Positions 1 to 10,214 are shown, numbered from the stretch's first letter. The stretch: DNA of 64,000 nucleotides from Myxococcota bacterium (GCA_039028615.1 JBCCHT010000015.1:64001-128000); one strand, 5' to 3'. Made by a program: numbers and translations. Notes: generated by a model not told the origin, from the sequence alone.

Positions 1-22
1 ATGTTGCCGTAGTCGTTCATCT

Positions 23-973
23 TCATTGGTTCATGCCTTCGTTCAGTTCGCAGCCGCCGTCGGCTCGCAGTACGTGCCGCACGGTGGTCAAGGGCTCGCC
101 GTCGGGAGCCACGAGGGGAGGTTCTAGGGAGGGCCGGTAGGCCACGGGCTCATTGCCGATGCACGCCGAGACGGTGAACTCGGGCGGCACGTAGTGCCGG
201 ATCGCCATGCCGTTGATCTCCTGGAAGTAGGCCGTGGTGTTTTCGGGGCCGACCGGGTTGGGCTTGGGGAGGTACGCGTCGGCCACCGCGGCCAGCTCGA
301 GCTCGGCGGGCATCACCACGCCCTCGTTCTCGACCGGATACATGATCTCGCCCACGGTGGCGGTGTGGGCCAGGCCCAGGCAGTGCCCGATCTCGTGAAT
401 GAACACGGCTCGCTCTTGTTCGTGGCTCCGCGTGCCATCGAAGACCCGCGTGGAGATGACCGCCGTGGTGTGCACGATGGCGGCGTCGGAGGGCCGAAAC
501 GTCACGTCGCAGGTACCGAGCACGCTGCCATCGAACCCCGTGCACGAGCTCGGATTGCCGACCCCGAGGGCTTCACAGTCGGAGTCGGCCACGGTGATCC
601 AGTTTCGCGGCGATGCGGGGTAGCTGCGGAGGTCTCGCTCGGCGCTCACCTGGTCGGTGGCCAGCCCGATTTGCCACACCGCGAGAGCTTCCTGGGCCAT
701 CGCGGTGAGGTCTGGGTCGCCATCGCACTCGATCGGCCCCCCGCTGTCGTCCTCGGCGGCGTCGTCGTTCGAAGTGGAGGTCGTCGTGCCTTCGTCGAGC
801 CCGTCCGTCTCGCCCGAGGGCCCGCCACCGGTCGCCTCTGCGTCATCGGTGTTCGCCGTCGTGGGCGAGCCCGTGTCTCCGCTGGCACCTTGCCCGTCGC
901 CTGCCTCGTCCGAGGGGCTGCAGGCCCACAGCCAGGGCACGAACAACGCGGCCTCAGCCCACGGGCGGAACAC
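23..973 (-). CDS. Lipoprotein zinc metalloprotease, matrixin/M10-like metzincin
   Basis: HEIGHCLGLAH (HExxHxxGxxH) plus Met-turn IMYP; N-terminal LWAC lipobox-like sequence then an acidic G/T/D linker. Confidence 0.85.
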   Translation of the reverse strand: MFRPWAEAALFVPWLWACSPSDEAGDGQGASGDTGSPTTANTDDAEATGGGPSGETDGLDEGTTTSTSNDDAAEDDSGGPIECDGDPDLTAMAQEALAVWQIGLATDQVSAERDLRSYPASPRNWITVADSDCEALGVGNPSSCTGFDGSVLGTCDVTFRPSDAAIVHTTAVISTRVFDGTRSHEQERAVFIHEIGHCLGLAHTATVGEIMYPVENEGVVMPAELELAAVADAYLPKPNPVGPENTTAYFQEINGMAIRHYVPPEFTVSACIGNEPVAYRPSLEPPLVAPDGEPLTTVRHVLRADGGCELNEGMNQ

Positions 974-2648
974 AGAGCCCTCCGTTTTCTTCGATCTGTG
1001 CCTGGGTCCGGAAGGTGTTCAAGGTCTGCCAGTGCGGCTGCTCGAACTGAGGGATGCGCCCATCTTCGAGCACGTTGGTCACGTGGTACGTGTGCTGGTT
1101 CCAGATACGCCGCGCGGGGATCCAGCGGTCGTCTGCGTCGCCGAAGACCTGCAGGGTGGGGTAGTCCTGGCCGATGACCGGGTCCGACTCCGAGGTGAAG
1201 ATGATCTCCGCCGAGCCATCATTGTCCACGTCGGCGACGACGGGATACTCGATATAGGTCGGGCTGCGACGGGGCAGCTGCATCAGCTCCTGCCCCTGGT
1301 CGCCGAACACGAAGATCGAGTCTTCGTCGCCGTACATGGCCTCGGCCCGACCATCACCGAGGAAGTCGAAGGCGGTGCTCGAGGCGACCCCGCTCAGATC
1401 GGAGACCGGGGTCTGCCACATGATGTCGAGGTTGGCCTCGTACGCCCCGTAGGTGTCCGCAGTGCTGATGACGAACTCGGGCACGCCGTCGCCATCGAGG
1501 TCGTGCACGGCCGAGGCTCGGTTCCACGTGTTGGGGGAAAATCCCTTGGGGTCGGGGACCGGCTTTTGGTCGACGAAGATCGGCGTGCCGTCGGCCTCGT
1601 ACATCGACAGGCCGTCGTGCTGGCGAGAGATGAGGATCTCGGGCTCACCGTCGGCGTCGAAATCGGCGACGGAAGGAAAGCCGCTGCTGTCGCCCCCGAG
1701 GCTCACTCGCTGGATGCCCTCGTGGTCCCAGATGCGACGACCACCCACGATCTCCAGGTCGCCGTCGCCGTCGAGGTCCACGACAGTCACGGCCAGATCG
1801 ATGGACCAGTGCCAGTTGCCGAACGAGCCGTCGCCGGGGGCGATGTTGATGAGCTGCCCTTCATGGTCATAGATCATCGGTCCGAGGACGATCTCGACAT
1901 CTCCATCGTTGTCGAGGTCGGCCAGCGCAATCGCCTTGATGGCGACGGGAGGCAGGTCGTTGCCGAGCTCCGTGCCCTCGGGAAAGGTCTCGGCGAATTT
2001 GATGCTGCCGTCGTGCTCCCACGCGACGAGCTGCCAGGTGTCCATGTCCTCTCCGCCCGGGAGCACGCGAGACCCCACGATCTCCACGAACCCGTCGCCG
2101 TCGATGTCGCCCAGGGCCGGGGTGAACGCGGAGCCCACGTAGTCCTCGGAGCGCCAGTGCACCGCTCCGCTCGCGCCGTCGATCACGAACAGGTGCCCCC
2201 GCGAGCGGTTGACGTTGGTGCCCCGGCTCACCACGACGATGTCCGGGGTGTCGCACAGGTCGATGACCCCGTTGCCGTCGTCATCGGTCAGGTTGGCCAC
2301 GAGGGGCGTGACCACGCTGCCACCGTCCGCGGCGTCGGTGGGGGACCATGCCCACTCCAGCACCGGGTCAAAGCTGTCCGCTGGCGCCTCGTCCTCGCAG
2401 TCGATGACGCCATTGAGCCCGTCGTTGACCGAGCACTGATCCAGGTTGGGCGGGTTGTTCGAGATGTCTAATTTTTGCGTACCACTATGACCTGATTCGT
2501 CGATGCCATCCGAGTTGGCTCCGGTGTCGGTCGACTGCATCCCGGCACTGGTGGCTTCGGTAGCCTGCCCTACGTCGACGTCGAGGTTGCCGCACGAGCT
2601 CATCGAAAGCACGACGACGAAGCCCAACCATTGGGGTCGATAGTCCAT
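954..2648 (-). CDS. FG-GAP/VCBS repeat lipoprotein (Ca-binding beta-propeller)
   Basis: Repeated DxDGDG motifs (DIDGDG, DLDNDG, DLDGDG, DFDADG, DVDNDG); lipobox MSSC; C-terminal RIWNQHTYHVTNV. Confidence 0.85.
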   Translation of the reverse strand: MDYRPQWLGFVVVLSMSSCGNLDVDVGQATEATSAGMQSTDTGANSDGIDESGHSGTQKLDISNNPPNLDQCSVNDGLNGVIDCEDEAPADSFDPVLEWAWSPTDAADGGSVVTPLVANLTDDDGNGVIDLCDTPDIVVVSRGTNVNRSRGHLFVIDGASGAVHWRSEDYVGSAFTPALGDIDGDGFVEIVGSRVLPGGEDMDTWQLVAWEHDGSIKFAETFPEGTELGNDLPPVAIKAIALADLDNDGDVEIVLGPMIYDHEGQLINIAPGDGSFGNWHWSIDLAVTVVDLDGDGDLEIVGGRRIWDHEGIQRVSLGGDSSGFPSVADFDADGEPEILISRQHDGLSMYEADGTPIFVDQKPVPDPKGFSPNTWNRASAVHDLDGDGVPEFVISTADTYGAYEANLDIMWQTPVSDLSGVASSTAFDFLGDGRAEAMYGDEDSIFVFGDQGQELMQLPRRSPTYIEYPVVADVDNDGSAEIIFTSESDPVIGQDYPTLQVFGDADDRWIPARRIWNQHTYHVTNVLEDGRIPQFEQPHWQTLNTFRTQAQIEENGGLCVPPVG

Positions 2649-2788
2649 GCTCGGGCAGAGGCAGCCGAGGCGAGAAACCAGTCACACGAAATGTTCGATC
2701 GATCGCGATCGAGATTTCATTGATTAGTTTTTGCGTAGTCGTGCCACTACCTTCACGGGCCTTCCTAGTCGTCGGTCCGAGTTGCACG

Positions 2789-3412
2789 ATGAACTCGAGT
2801 GTCGCCATGGCAGCCGTCGCGCTCGAGGCGCGAGACCCGAGCGGGTTGGCCACGCTCACGCGTGACGCGATGCGTGGCGACCGTAGGAGTCTCGAGCGGT
2901 TGTTGCCCCGGCTGACGCGGCGAATGCTTCGAACGGCGCATGGCGTTCTGGGCCGGCGAGAAGACGCCGAGGATGTCACGCAGGAGGCGTTGGTGGTGGT
3001 GGCGAGAACCTTGGGAGAGCTTCGACAGCCCGATGCGGTGGCGGCCTATGCCGATCGAATCGTGCTGCGCTTGGCCTTGCGCCTACGCCAGCGGCGGGCG
3101 CAAACCGAAACCCGAACGGAGTCCATCGACGTCGACGGCAAGGCGGTCCAGCTGGCGGCGATCGAGCCGCGGGGTGACGAGGAGCTGGTCTTGCGACAGA
3201 AGATCGAACGAGCCCTGGCGCTGCTCGATCGACTGCCGTCGGCCCAGGCCGAGGTCATCTTGATGCGCTTCGTCGAGGGCTACACGGCGGCCGAGGTCGC
3301 AGCCGCGGAGGGCGTCTCCGTGCATACCGTCAATAGCCGCGTAAGGCTCGCAAAACAGCGATTAGAGCGCTTTTTGTCCGCGGCGAAGTTGCGTGGCGAG
3401 GAGACACCATGA
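2789..3412 (+). CDS. ECF RNA polymerase sigma factor
   Basis: Region 2 EDAEDVTQEALV; region 4 LDRLPSAQAEVILMRFVEGYTAAEVA...TVNSRVRLAK; start at 2789 or 2807. Confidence 0.9.
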   Translation: MNSSVAMAAVALEARDPSGLATLTRDAMRGDRRSLERLLPRLTRRMLRTAHGVLGRREDAEDVTQEALVVVARTLGELRQPDAVAAYADRIVLRLALRLRQRRAQTETRTESIDVDGKAVQLAAIEPRGDEELVLRQKIERALALLDRLPSAQAEVILMRFVEGYTAAEVAAAEGVSVHTVNSRVRLAKQRLERFLSAAKLRGEETP

Positions 3413-4254
3413 CCGCCGAATACGACTCGCTCGATGCTCTGTTGGAGGATGCTCGGTCCGCGGCCCATGCCCTGGGAACGCGGGCGATGGTGCGCGAAGC
3501 CTTCGTCGATCGGGCGATGGAACGAGCCTTGGAGGCGGTGTCCGGGGGGCGTGTGGACGGCCCGGGGGGCGGCGGCCGAACGTCGTGGTGGGTCGGCACG
3601 ACCGTGGTCGGAGCCGTGCTCGCGGCGACATCGATCGCCTTCGTAGGCGAAGGCACTGCGGATTCTGCCCATCGAGCCGAGCCGAGCCGGGGAGTGGAAG
3701 TCGAGCGACGGAACGATGTCGAGATCGCCTTCGACGCTCCGAGTGGCTTCGTCCCCCCACACTCGACGAAAGTGATGACGGCTGCCCCCACCCGCGAAAC
3801 TGCCGACGTGGCCGAGCCGATTGATGTCGTCGCGCATCCCAAGCCAACCCCGTTGACGAGCAGGTCCGTAAAAAGTGCGGAGGTGCTGTTTCGCGATGGC
3901 AATCGCGCCCGGAGAACGGGAGCGTTCCGTAGTGCACGGTCGCTGTATCGACAGTTGGTGCAGAGGTTTCCGCGTTCGCGGCAAGCGTCCATGGCTCGCA
4001 TCACCTTGGGGCGTCTTGAACTCGAGCAGTTCGGGCGGCCACGCGCTGCGTTGGCTCAATACGACGCCTATCTCGCGTCTGCGGGTCCGCGACCATTGGC
4101 GGGAGAGGCGTTGGTCGGCCGCGCCCGTGCGTACCGACGCTTGGGTCAGACCCAACGCGAGATCGAAGCGTGGACCCGACTGATCGATTCGTTCCCCGAC
4201 TCGGCTCATGTGTCGCGGGCGAACCAGCGCCTCGAATCGCTGCAGCATCGATGA
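3409..4254 (+). CDS. Putative membrane-anchored anti-sigma factor with C-terminal TPR domain
   Basis: ATGA overlap with the sigma gene; one hydrophobic segment (WWVGTTVVGAVLAATSIAFVG); Pro/Thr linker; TPR-like helices (YRQLVQRFPRS, LIDSFPDS). Confidence 0.7.
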   Translation: MTAEYDSLDALLEDARSAAHALGTRAMVREAFVDRAMERALEAVSGGRVDGPGGGGRTSWWVGTTVVGAVLAATSIAFVGEGTADSAHRAEPSRGVEVERRNDVEIAFDAPSGFVPPHSTKVMTAAPTRETADVAEPIDVVAHPKPTPLTSRSVKSAEVLFRDGNRARRTGAFRSARSLYRQLVQRFPRSRQASMARITLGRLELEQFGRPRAALAQYDAYLASAGPRPLAGEALVGRARAYRRLGQTQREIEAWTRLIDSFPDSAHVSRANQRLESLQHR

Positions 4255-4270
4255 GTTATGATCGTGAGCA

Positions 4271-5437
4271 GTGGTTGGCGTGCTGTCAGCCGTGCTCGCG
4301 TTGGGAAGCGTCGCGGCCTCCATTGGTTTGTCGCCCATGTCCGATACCGAACAGGTGCGGGCACCGGATGCGCGCCGGCGCCTCCCCATCGTGATCGCAG
4401 CGTCCGGTCGTTCGCCAGAGTCGATGTCGGTGGTCTTGCGCGAATATTTGCATGGCCTCGGCGTCGAGGTCGAGCTACGGGCCGAGGACGGCTTTGCCCT
4501 CGAGTCGGTCGTGAACCCACCGCCCGACCCGGAGCACGCCGTGGCCCGGGTGTGGGTTCGGATCGAGCGAGCCCGGGCTTCCGTATTCATCGTCGATAGC
4601 GATTGGCAGCGCATCTTCATTCGTCACGTGCCGCTCGAGTCCGGCTTCGACGAAGTCGCGCAAGAGCAGCTCGCCACGATCGTGCATGCCAGCGTGGAGT
4701 CTCTACTGGCGGGTGGTGAGATCGGCGTGCACCGTCAGCGGGCCGCCGCGACGCTGGGGATACCGCTGGCCCGCGAACGGGAACCGGGCCCGGAACCCGA
4801 GGCGGTCGCTACACCGCCGGAGGAGCCTGCCGTCTTCGAGGAGCCCACCATCGCTGGGGCGAAACATCGTCCGCTCGGTGTGGATCTCGCGGTGGGGTAC
4901 GGAGTGACCTTGTGGTCCATGCGACTCGCTCCTTCTTCGGGTCCACGCCTCGATGCGCGCCTTCGAATTCGTTCTCCGTCGCGACCGAAGCTCGATGGCT
5001 TGGTGGGGTTGCGAGGCAGCTATGCGACACCGCTGAGGGCCAGCAACGAGGCGCTCGAGGTGCGGATGCAATCGGTCGACGCACGGGCGGCCGGAGGAAT
5101 GTGGTGGGCACCGCGGCCTCGCTTCGCCGCTCGGATGGAACTCGACGTTGGTATGACGAGCAACCATGCCGTGTCGCGGGCGGTCGGGCCCGATGCCGTC
5201 GCCGCCCGTGACGACTGGCATTTCCTGCCAGCGTCCGGCGTGGAGCTCGGGCTCGCGTGGCGTGTCGCTCCGTCGCTGTGGTTGGGGGCGGCGGCACGGG
5301 TGGACGGCACATGGGTCGGCATCCGATATCGGGTGAGCGACACGGGCGACGTGCTCTTCGCACCATGGCGGGTCCGGCCCGGCGTGGTGTTGGAGCTGCG
5401 CTGGAGCCCGCTGGGCACGAGGCGGGCAGAGCCCTAG
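4271..5437 (+). CDS. Exported protein, N-terminal domain + Pro-rich linker + putative beta-barrel-like C-terminus
   Basis: Signal-like N-terminus; C-terminal half has alternating amphipathic strands ending GVVLELRW. Confidence 0.55.
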   Translation: MVGVLSAVLALGSVAASIGLSPMSDTEQVRAPDARRRLPIVIAASGRSPESMSVVLREYLHGLGVEVELRAEDGFALESVVNPPPDPEHAVARVWVRIERARASVFIVDSDWQRIFIRHVPLESGFDEVAQEQLATIVHASVESLLAGGEIGVHRQRAAATLGIPLAREREPGPEPEAVATPPEEPAVFEEPTIAGAKHRPLGVDLAVGYGVTLWSMRLAPSSGPRLDARLRIRSPSRPKLDGLVGLRGSYATPLRASNEALEVRMQSVDARAAGGMWWAPRPRFAARMELDVGMTSNHAVSRAVGPDAVAARDDWHFLPASGVELGLAWRVAPSLWLGAAARVDGTWVGIRYRVSDTGDVLFAPWRVRPGVVLELRWSPLGTRRAEP

Positions 5438-5509
5438 TGCGCTCGTGCGGCGGGCTAACCCCACTGACGTGTCGATGTACGAAGCAGGGCGCCCCAGTCG
5501 GTTCGCCGC

Positions 5510-6553
5510 CTATGGCATAGGAGGCAGGCCCGTCGCATCCAACCACGGCGCGGCCATGTTCAGGCACCCAAAGTCGAGGGGGAGCTGGCCCAGCATCGTC
5601 AGCGAACCGTCGTCCTCGATGCGCCTCAGCTCGTTGTCCGAGGCGCACGCGTACACCCGGCCCGTGGAGCCGTGGTACTCGAACGCGACCTGAGCAAAGT
5701 CGAACGCGAGCGCCTGGACGAGCGACGGAGCGCCCGTCGTCGTGTCGATCTCGTAGAGCGAGTCGGAGGCGATGTCGAGGGCGAGGAGCTGAGACGTATC
5801 CTCGTTCAAGGTCAATCCCACTGCGTTCCAGTCTTCGCCGATCGGACCGACGACCGTGCCGACACCGGTGTCTGCGTCGATGCGCAAGACCGAATCCGTA
5901 TCGGCATCGATACCGAACAGATCGTTGCCTTCGTCGGGAGCAATCGCGTAGACGTCGGCGAAACCGAAGTCTCCGACCAGCGTCGCTTCGCACGATGGCA
6001 GCGCCAGCTCCCATAGCTCGTCGCCCGTGGAAAAGAACAGACGATCGTCGCGAGAGAAGGTGGAGGAGAAGATGAAGGTGTCGATCGCGCCCCCGGTCGC
6101 AGCGTTCGTGACCGTGCAAAAGTCGAGAGCGGCCGCGGTTTCGATGTCGAACTGGACGACGTGGGTGTTGCCCATGCTGTTGTCGAGGGCCACCATCCAC
6201 GGCGGGGCCATCGGCTCGGGTTCTCCCGAGCTGGAGTCCGAGCTGGAGTCCGAGCTGGTGTCGTCGGTCATGTCCCCAGACGTGGTTCCCGACCCGGTGT
6301 CGCCATCGGAGCCGCTGCTTTCGTCTACGGTCGATGCCGTGGTGTCCAGATCCACCTCGCCGCTGGAGCTCGCCGCATCGGTGGTTCCGGGGGTCGGGAT
6401 GGGGTCATCCGTCGAGCTGGATCCGGGGGACCCACTGGTACTGCTGCCATCGTCGTTCTGAGGCGTGGAAGGATCGGTGCAGGCCAGTAGCGTGGAGGAG
6501 ACCGCGACGAGAAAGCACAATGCTCCGTGGCGGGTGAGGTGTGAAGTCTGCAT
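5510..6553 (-). CDS. Lipoprotein with S/T/D-rich linker and putative beta-propeller domain
   Basis: LLAC lipobox; low-complexity linker; repeated blade-like motifs (LRIDADTG, LYEIDTTTG); start trimmed to ATG 6553. Confidence 0.7.
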   Translation of the reverse strand: MQTSHLTRHGALCFLVAVSSTLLACTDPSTPQNDDGSSTSGSPGSSSTDDPIPTPGTTDAASSSGEVDLDTTASTVDESSGSDGDTGSGTTSGDMTDDTSSDSSSDSSSGEPEPMAPPWMVALDNSMGNTHVVQFDIETAAALDFCTVTNAATGGAIDTFIFSSTFSRDDRLFFSTGDELWELALPSCEATLVGDFGFADVYAIAPDEGNDLFGIDADTDSVLRIDADTGVGTVVGPIGEDWNAVGLTLNEDTSQLLALDIASDSLYEIDTTTGAPSLVQALAFDFAQVAFEYHGSTGRVYACASDNELRRIEDDGSLTMLGQLPLDFGCLNMAAPWLDATGLPPMP

Positions 6554-6686
6554 GGCTCCCGGGTGGTCAGGGAAGCGGCGCGGGCGATCACCGAAAGTCG
6601 ATGTCGCGGTATTTCGCGCTCGTTGGGCCTCCGCGGTGGCCCGCAATGACCTCGAACGGCACCAGACCACCTGCTAAGGAATCACC

Positions 6687-7523
6687 ATGGCTCCCACTCC
6701 GCTTCGATTCACCCAAGCCGAGCACTACTCGACGAACATCGAAGAGCAGTCGGCCCTGACTTCGATGGCCCCGCACGCGAACGTATTGTTCACCATCGCC
6801 GACGACTCGAACGCGGTGTGGTCGATCGAGCCGCCTGCGGACGCTGGCGGTGCGCTGCGAGTCGAGCGATTGAGCCCGGAGCGGGGCGTCCTCGATGGGC
6901 TGGAGGGGGCGACCTACGACCCCGAAGCGAGGACCTTGCGCGTCGTCACCGAGGATCCGCGGCAGCTGTGGGAACTCGAGGTGAGCCGGGACGGAGAGGC
7001 ACTGAAGGTCTCGGAGCCCGTGCGGCTGGGAACCCTCGAGCTACCGCTCACGGGGAGCGAGGAGCTGCGGCGGAACAAGGGGTGGGAGGGCATCACGACC
7101 ATGCCGGCGTCGCTGAGCCCCGATGGCGCCCCGTATCTGATCGCCGTCAACGAGGACTCGCCCCGTCGGGTCGCGCTGTTCGAGCTGAAGACGCTCACGC
7201 CATCCGGGTTCGCCGATCTCCCCGACGGCGCGGAGGCGCACCTATCCGATCTCTCCGACTGCGCGGTGGGTCCGACCGGAACCGTCTTCATCGTCTCCGA
7301 CCAGGGCGAGTCGTTCGGCGAGTTCGAGCTCACGAAGGACGACACTGCTGCGGGCGGGTGGTCTCTGACGTTGCTGGAGGTCACCGAGATCGCGGATCCG
7401 AGGCCCGAGGCTGAACGAAGGCGAAGGCTCAAAGCCGAGGGAATCGCATTCGACCTGCACGGTGACCTGTGGGTCGCTTGCGAGCGCGGGAAGGGGCTGC
7501 TGGTTCGCTTCGCCCGCCAGTAG
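6687..7523 (+). CDS. SdiA-regulated/YjiK-like beta-propeller protein
   Basis: Motifs LEGATY, NKGWEGIT, DLSD, AEGIAFD; strong RBS TAAGGA upstream. Confidence 0.7.
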   Translation: MAPTPLRFTQAEHYSTNIEEQSALTSMAPHANVLFTIADDSNAVWSIEPPADAGGALRVERLSPERGVLDGLEGATYDPEARTLRVVTEDPRQLWELEVSRDGEALKVSEPVRLGTLELPLTGSEELRRNKGWEGITTMPASLSPDGAPYLIAVNEDSPRRVALFELKTLTPSGFADLPDGAEAHLSDLSDCAVGPTGTVFIVSDQGESFGEFELTKDDTAAGGWSLTLLEVTEIADPRPEAERRRRLKAEGIAFDLHGDLWVACERGKGLLVRFARQ

Positions 7524-7666
7524 AAGTCACGAGTCGTCGTTTCTGCGCCCCGATTGCGACGAATCGGAGCTGCGCTCGGTTTTTCGTGATCCGCCCCCCA
7601 TGTACGGGGACCCCCCAGTATGAGCACGAGAACCCGACGCCGTCTTCGGGGGAGATGGAGGGCGCC

Positions 7667-8152
7667 ATGATTGAGGACCGAGAATACGACCGAGACACGA
7701 CCACCGCCGAGGAAGCGGAGTTGATCCGCGGATCCATGCAGAAAATCGAGGCAGGAATCATCCAGTGGACCGAGATCCCGAGGCACACTCGCTACAGCCT
7801 CGGCCTCGTGTCGCAGGGCCTCGAGCGGCAGACGCAGGACATGGAGCTGTTCACGATGATCATCGACCTGCGCCGAGCGACCATGCCGACCGCCGTCATT
7901 CGTCAGGCGATTCGGGAGGCCATCTTCTCTCGCGATCGCTTGCTCCACACCGCGGTCTTCACCGGCCGCAACAGCGTGCTGAACGTCGTCGCCCGGCTGA
8001 TCATGTCGCAGACGATCTGCAATCGCTATTCCGTCCATCGCCACCGGGACGAGGCGCTGAACGTCGCGCGGCAGAAGCTCGCCATGGGCATGCCGCCCGT
8101 CCAAGAGGACTCGCTGATTCACTGGCGCCGAGTCGGCGACGCGCGCTTCTGA
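7667..8152 (+). CDS. STAS/SEC14-like small protein
   Basis: GGAGG RBS before ATG 7667; IIDLRRATMP...AVFTG...EAL pattern resembles myxobacterial STAS/SEC14 proteins. Confidence 0.5.
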   Translation: MIEDREYDRDTTTAEEAELIRGSMQKIEAGIIQWTEIPRHTRYSLGLVSQGLERQTQDMELFTMIIDLRRATMPTAVIRQAIREAIFSRDRLLHTAVFTGRNSVLNVVARLIMSQTICNRYSVHRHRDEALNVARQKLAMGMPPVQEDSLIHWRRVGDARF

Positions 8153-8417
8153 TGGGGTGGGCGCTTGGGCTTCGAGTCGCTTGGGGGAGCGGCTCGACAC
8201 GCAGGCCAACGGGGTTGGGGCCCCGGACTCGACGCGTGGTTGGTCGAGTCCTGGGCCCTCGCCAATTTGGAAGAGTGGTCGTCGTCAGAAAAGTGACTTC
8301 GATGCAATCCGCTCGGACACCTTGTGGACCCATGTTGGTGGGTCGCCGTTGCGCCGGGTCGCCGGAGCTTTCCGCGGACGCGTTGCGCCCAGCGGCGGGC
8401 CCCAAGGATGGATGGAA

Positions 8418-9815
8418 ATGATGAACGCTCTCCGATTTGCTCCTCTGCTCGTTGGCGCAACGGGCTTCCTCTTCGCCTCGTCGGCCCAAGCGGCCTATCA
8501 GTCCATCGTGGTCGACACCACGGCGGACACCTTCGACCCCGACGGCTGTATCGACCGGGATCCGGGCAACTGCTCGTTGCGGTCTGCTGTGCACCAAGCC
8601 AACCAGACGCCGGAGTGGGATGAAATCGTCCTACCCACGGGGACCTACGTGATAGATAACCCGGTTGAGGGGGTGATTGATGTCTCGGCCCCGATTCACT
8701 TCAAGGGCGATGGTCCAAACGCGAGCACCGTCGAGTTTCACCTCCCGGGGGTCGTCGGGATCCAAGCCACGGGTGCCAACACGTACCTGGTCTTCGCATC
8801 GATGGCTCTCGAAGGGGCTGCTCCGGACGCGGGCGCTGTGTATGGCGACCATATTCAGTATCTGTATCTATACGACGCCGCGGTGCGAGATTTCGACTAT
8901 CAGTCCATGATCGTCGGGATCGAAGGAGGCAGCCTGCTGCTGCAAGAATTCGATGCTACAGACAACGTCTCCGATGATTTCGGATCAATGGCGATCTACG
9001 GCGAAGCGGAGCCCGGTCCCAATAGCTACGTGTGGGCCGAGGATCTGTTCATCTCGGACAACCACGGGGCGGACGGAGGATCGATTGTGCACGTGGACTA
9101 CGCCGAGAAGTGGTTCGATCGGGCCGAGATTGCACACAATGATGCGGGGAGGGCCATCGTAGAGTTCCATGGCGGCGGCCTCGGGTTTGAATCACCGAAA
9201 ATCTACAACCTCTACTTCCATCATAATTCGTCGCATGCAGGATTGCGCTTCATTGATCCCCACGCGGGTGGCTATCTCCAGAAGTCGGCGTTCACACACA
9301 ACAGTATGGCCTTTGGCACCATCAAGGTCGAGAATGACTTGCTGTCGATATCTCATAGTACGTTCGCGTTCAACAACGCCATGACCGGGTCCGCAATTAG
9401 TGCGGTCGACGGGGGAAGAGTCTTTGCTTTCGACTTGACTGTTACCGACAATCCCGCGATTTTCGGTACCTTTCACGCAGAGCCGGGTAGCGAGATCAAT
9501 ATGCAAGCCGACGCGGTCGAACCTTCGCTGGGATCTGATATCTGTGCGGGAGGCGGTACTTTCGTTTCGTACGGAGCGAACGCGTTCGTCGGTGACGCGA
9601 CCTGTCCTGGCCACGCGACGGACATCCTCACCAACGACCTCATGCTGCAGCCGCTCGATCAATACGGCGGGTTCAGTCCGTCACGCTTGCCGATGCCTGG
9701 CAGTCCGCTCATCGATGCGTCGACGTTCTGGTGGGGCAACGAGGATCAACGGGGTTTTCCCCGGGAGACGCCGTTCGATGTTGGCGCCGTGGAGTGTCAG
9801 CCGGGGGAGTGCTGA
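8418..9815 (+). CDS. Secreted CSLREA / beta-helix / choice-of-anchor Q protein
   Basis: Signal peptide ending AQA; CSLRSAVHQAN; Asn-rich beta-helix-like repeats; C-terminal PGSPLIDA...DQRGFPR...DVGAVE. Confidence 0.85.
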   Translation: MMNALRFAPLLVGATGFLFASSAQAAYQSIVVDTTADTFDPDGCIDRDPGNCSLRSAVHQANQTPEWDEIVLPTGTYVIDNPVEGVIDVSAPIHFKGDGPNASTVEFHLPGVVGIQATGANTYLVFASMALEGAAPDAGAVYGDHIQYLYLYDAAVRDFDYQSMIVGIEGGSLLLQEFDATDNVSDDFGSMAIYGEAEPGPNSYVWAEDLFISDNHGADGGSIVHVDYAEKWFDRAEIAHNDAGRAIVEFHGGGLGFESPKIYNLYFHHNSSHAGLRFIDPHAGGYLQKSAFTHNSMAFGTIKVENDLLSISHSTFAFNNAMTGSAISAVDGGRVFAFDLTVTDNPAIFGTFHAEPGSEINMQADAVEPSLGSDICAGGGTFVSYGANAFVGDATCPGHATDILTNDLMLQPLDQYGGFSPSRLPMPGSPLIDASTFWWGNEDQRGFPRETPFDVGAVECQPGEC

Positions 9816-10214
9816 CGGAAGTCGAAGCCAAGAGGAGGGCCGCGCGATGGGTCGACCTCGGGGAGTTTCTTCGTGGTCACCGCGCGCGGTCGCGCGCGGT
9901 CCCTGTGTCTTGGATCGACTGGGGCTGCGTGTCTGCGGAAAACACGCGGTCCGGTGTTGACCAGGGCGGAAACGCTGGTTGCTCGTGCTCCGAGCGAAGC
10001 CGTTGGGCCCAGAATCACCACTGAGTGCAGAATCCGGGCATTTGCTGACCATGAGAGATTGCGCTCCTTGACAGGTCCTACATACCCCTTCATGTAGCTG
10101 GCGAGCAGCGAAGAGGTCCGTGCGGCCTTCGAGTCCCTCTCCCTGCTGAACACAACAATCACGGGTTCACTGCATCGCGCCGGTCTCCAAACTACGGCGC
10201 GGGGAGAAGAAACC

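Noticed and set aside
1..26. Possible start of a further minus-strand gene (MKMNDYGN) overlapping the metalloprotease stop
   Set aside because: Only eight codons are visible, too little to call.
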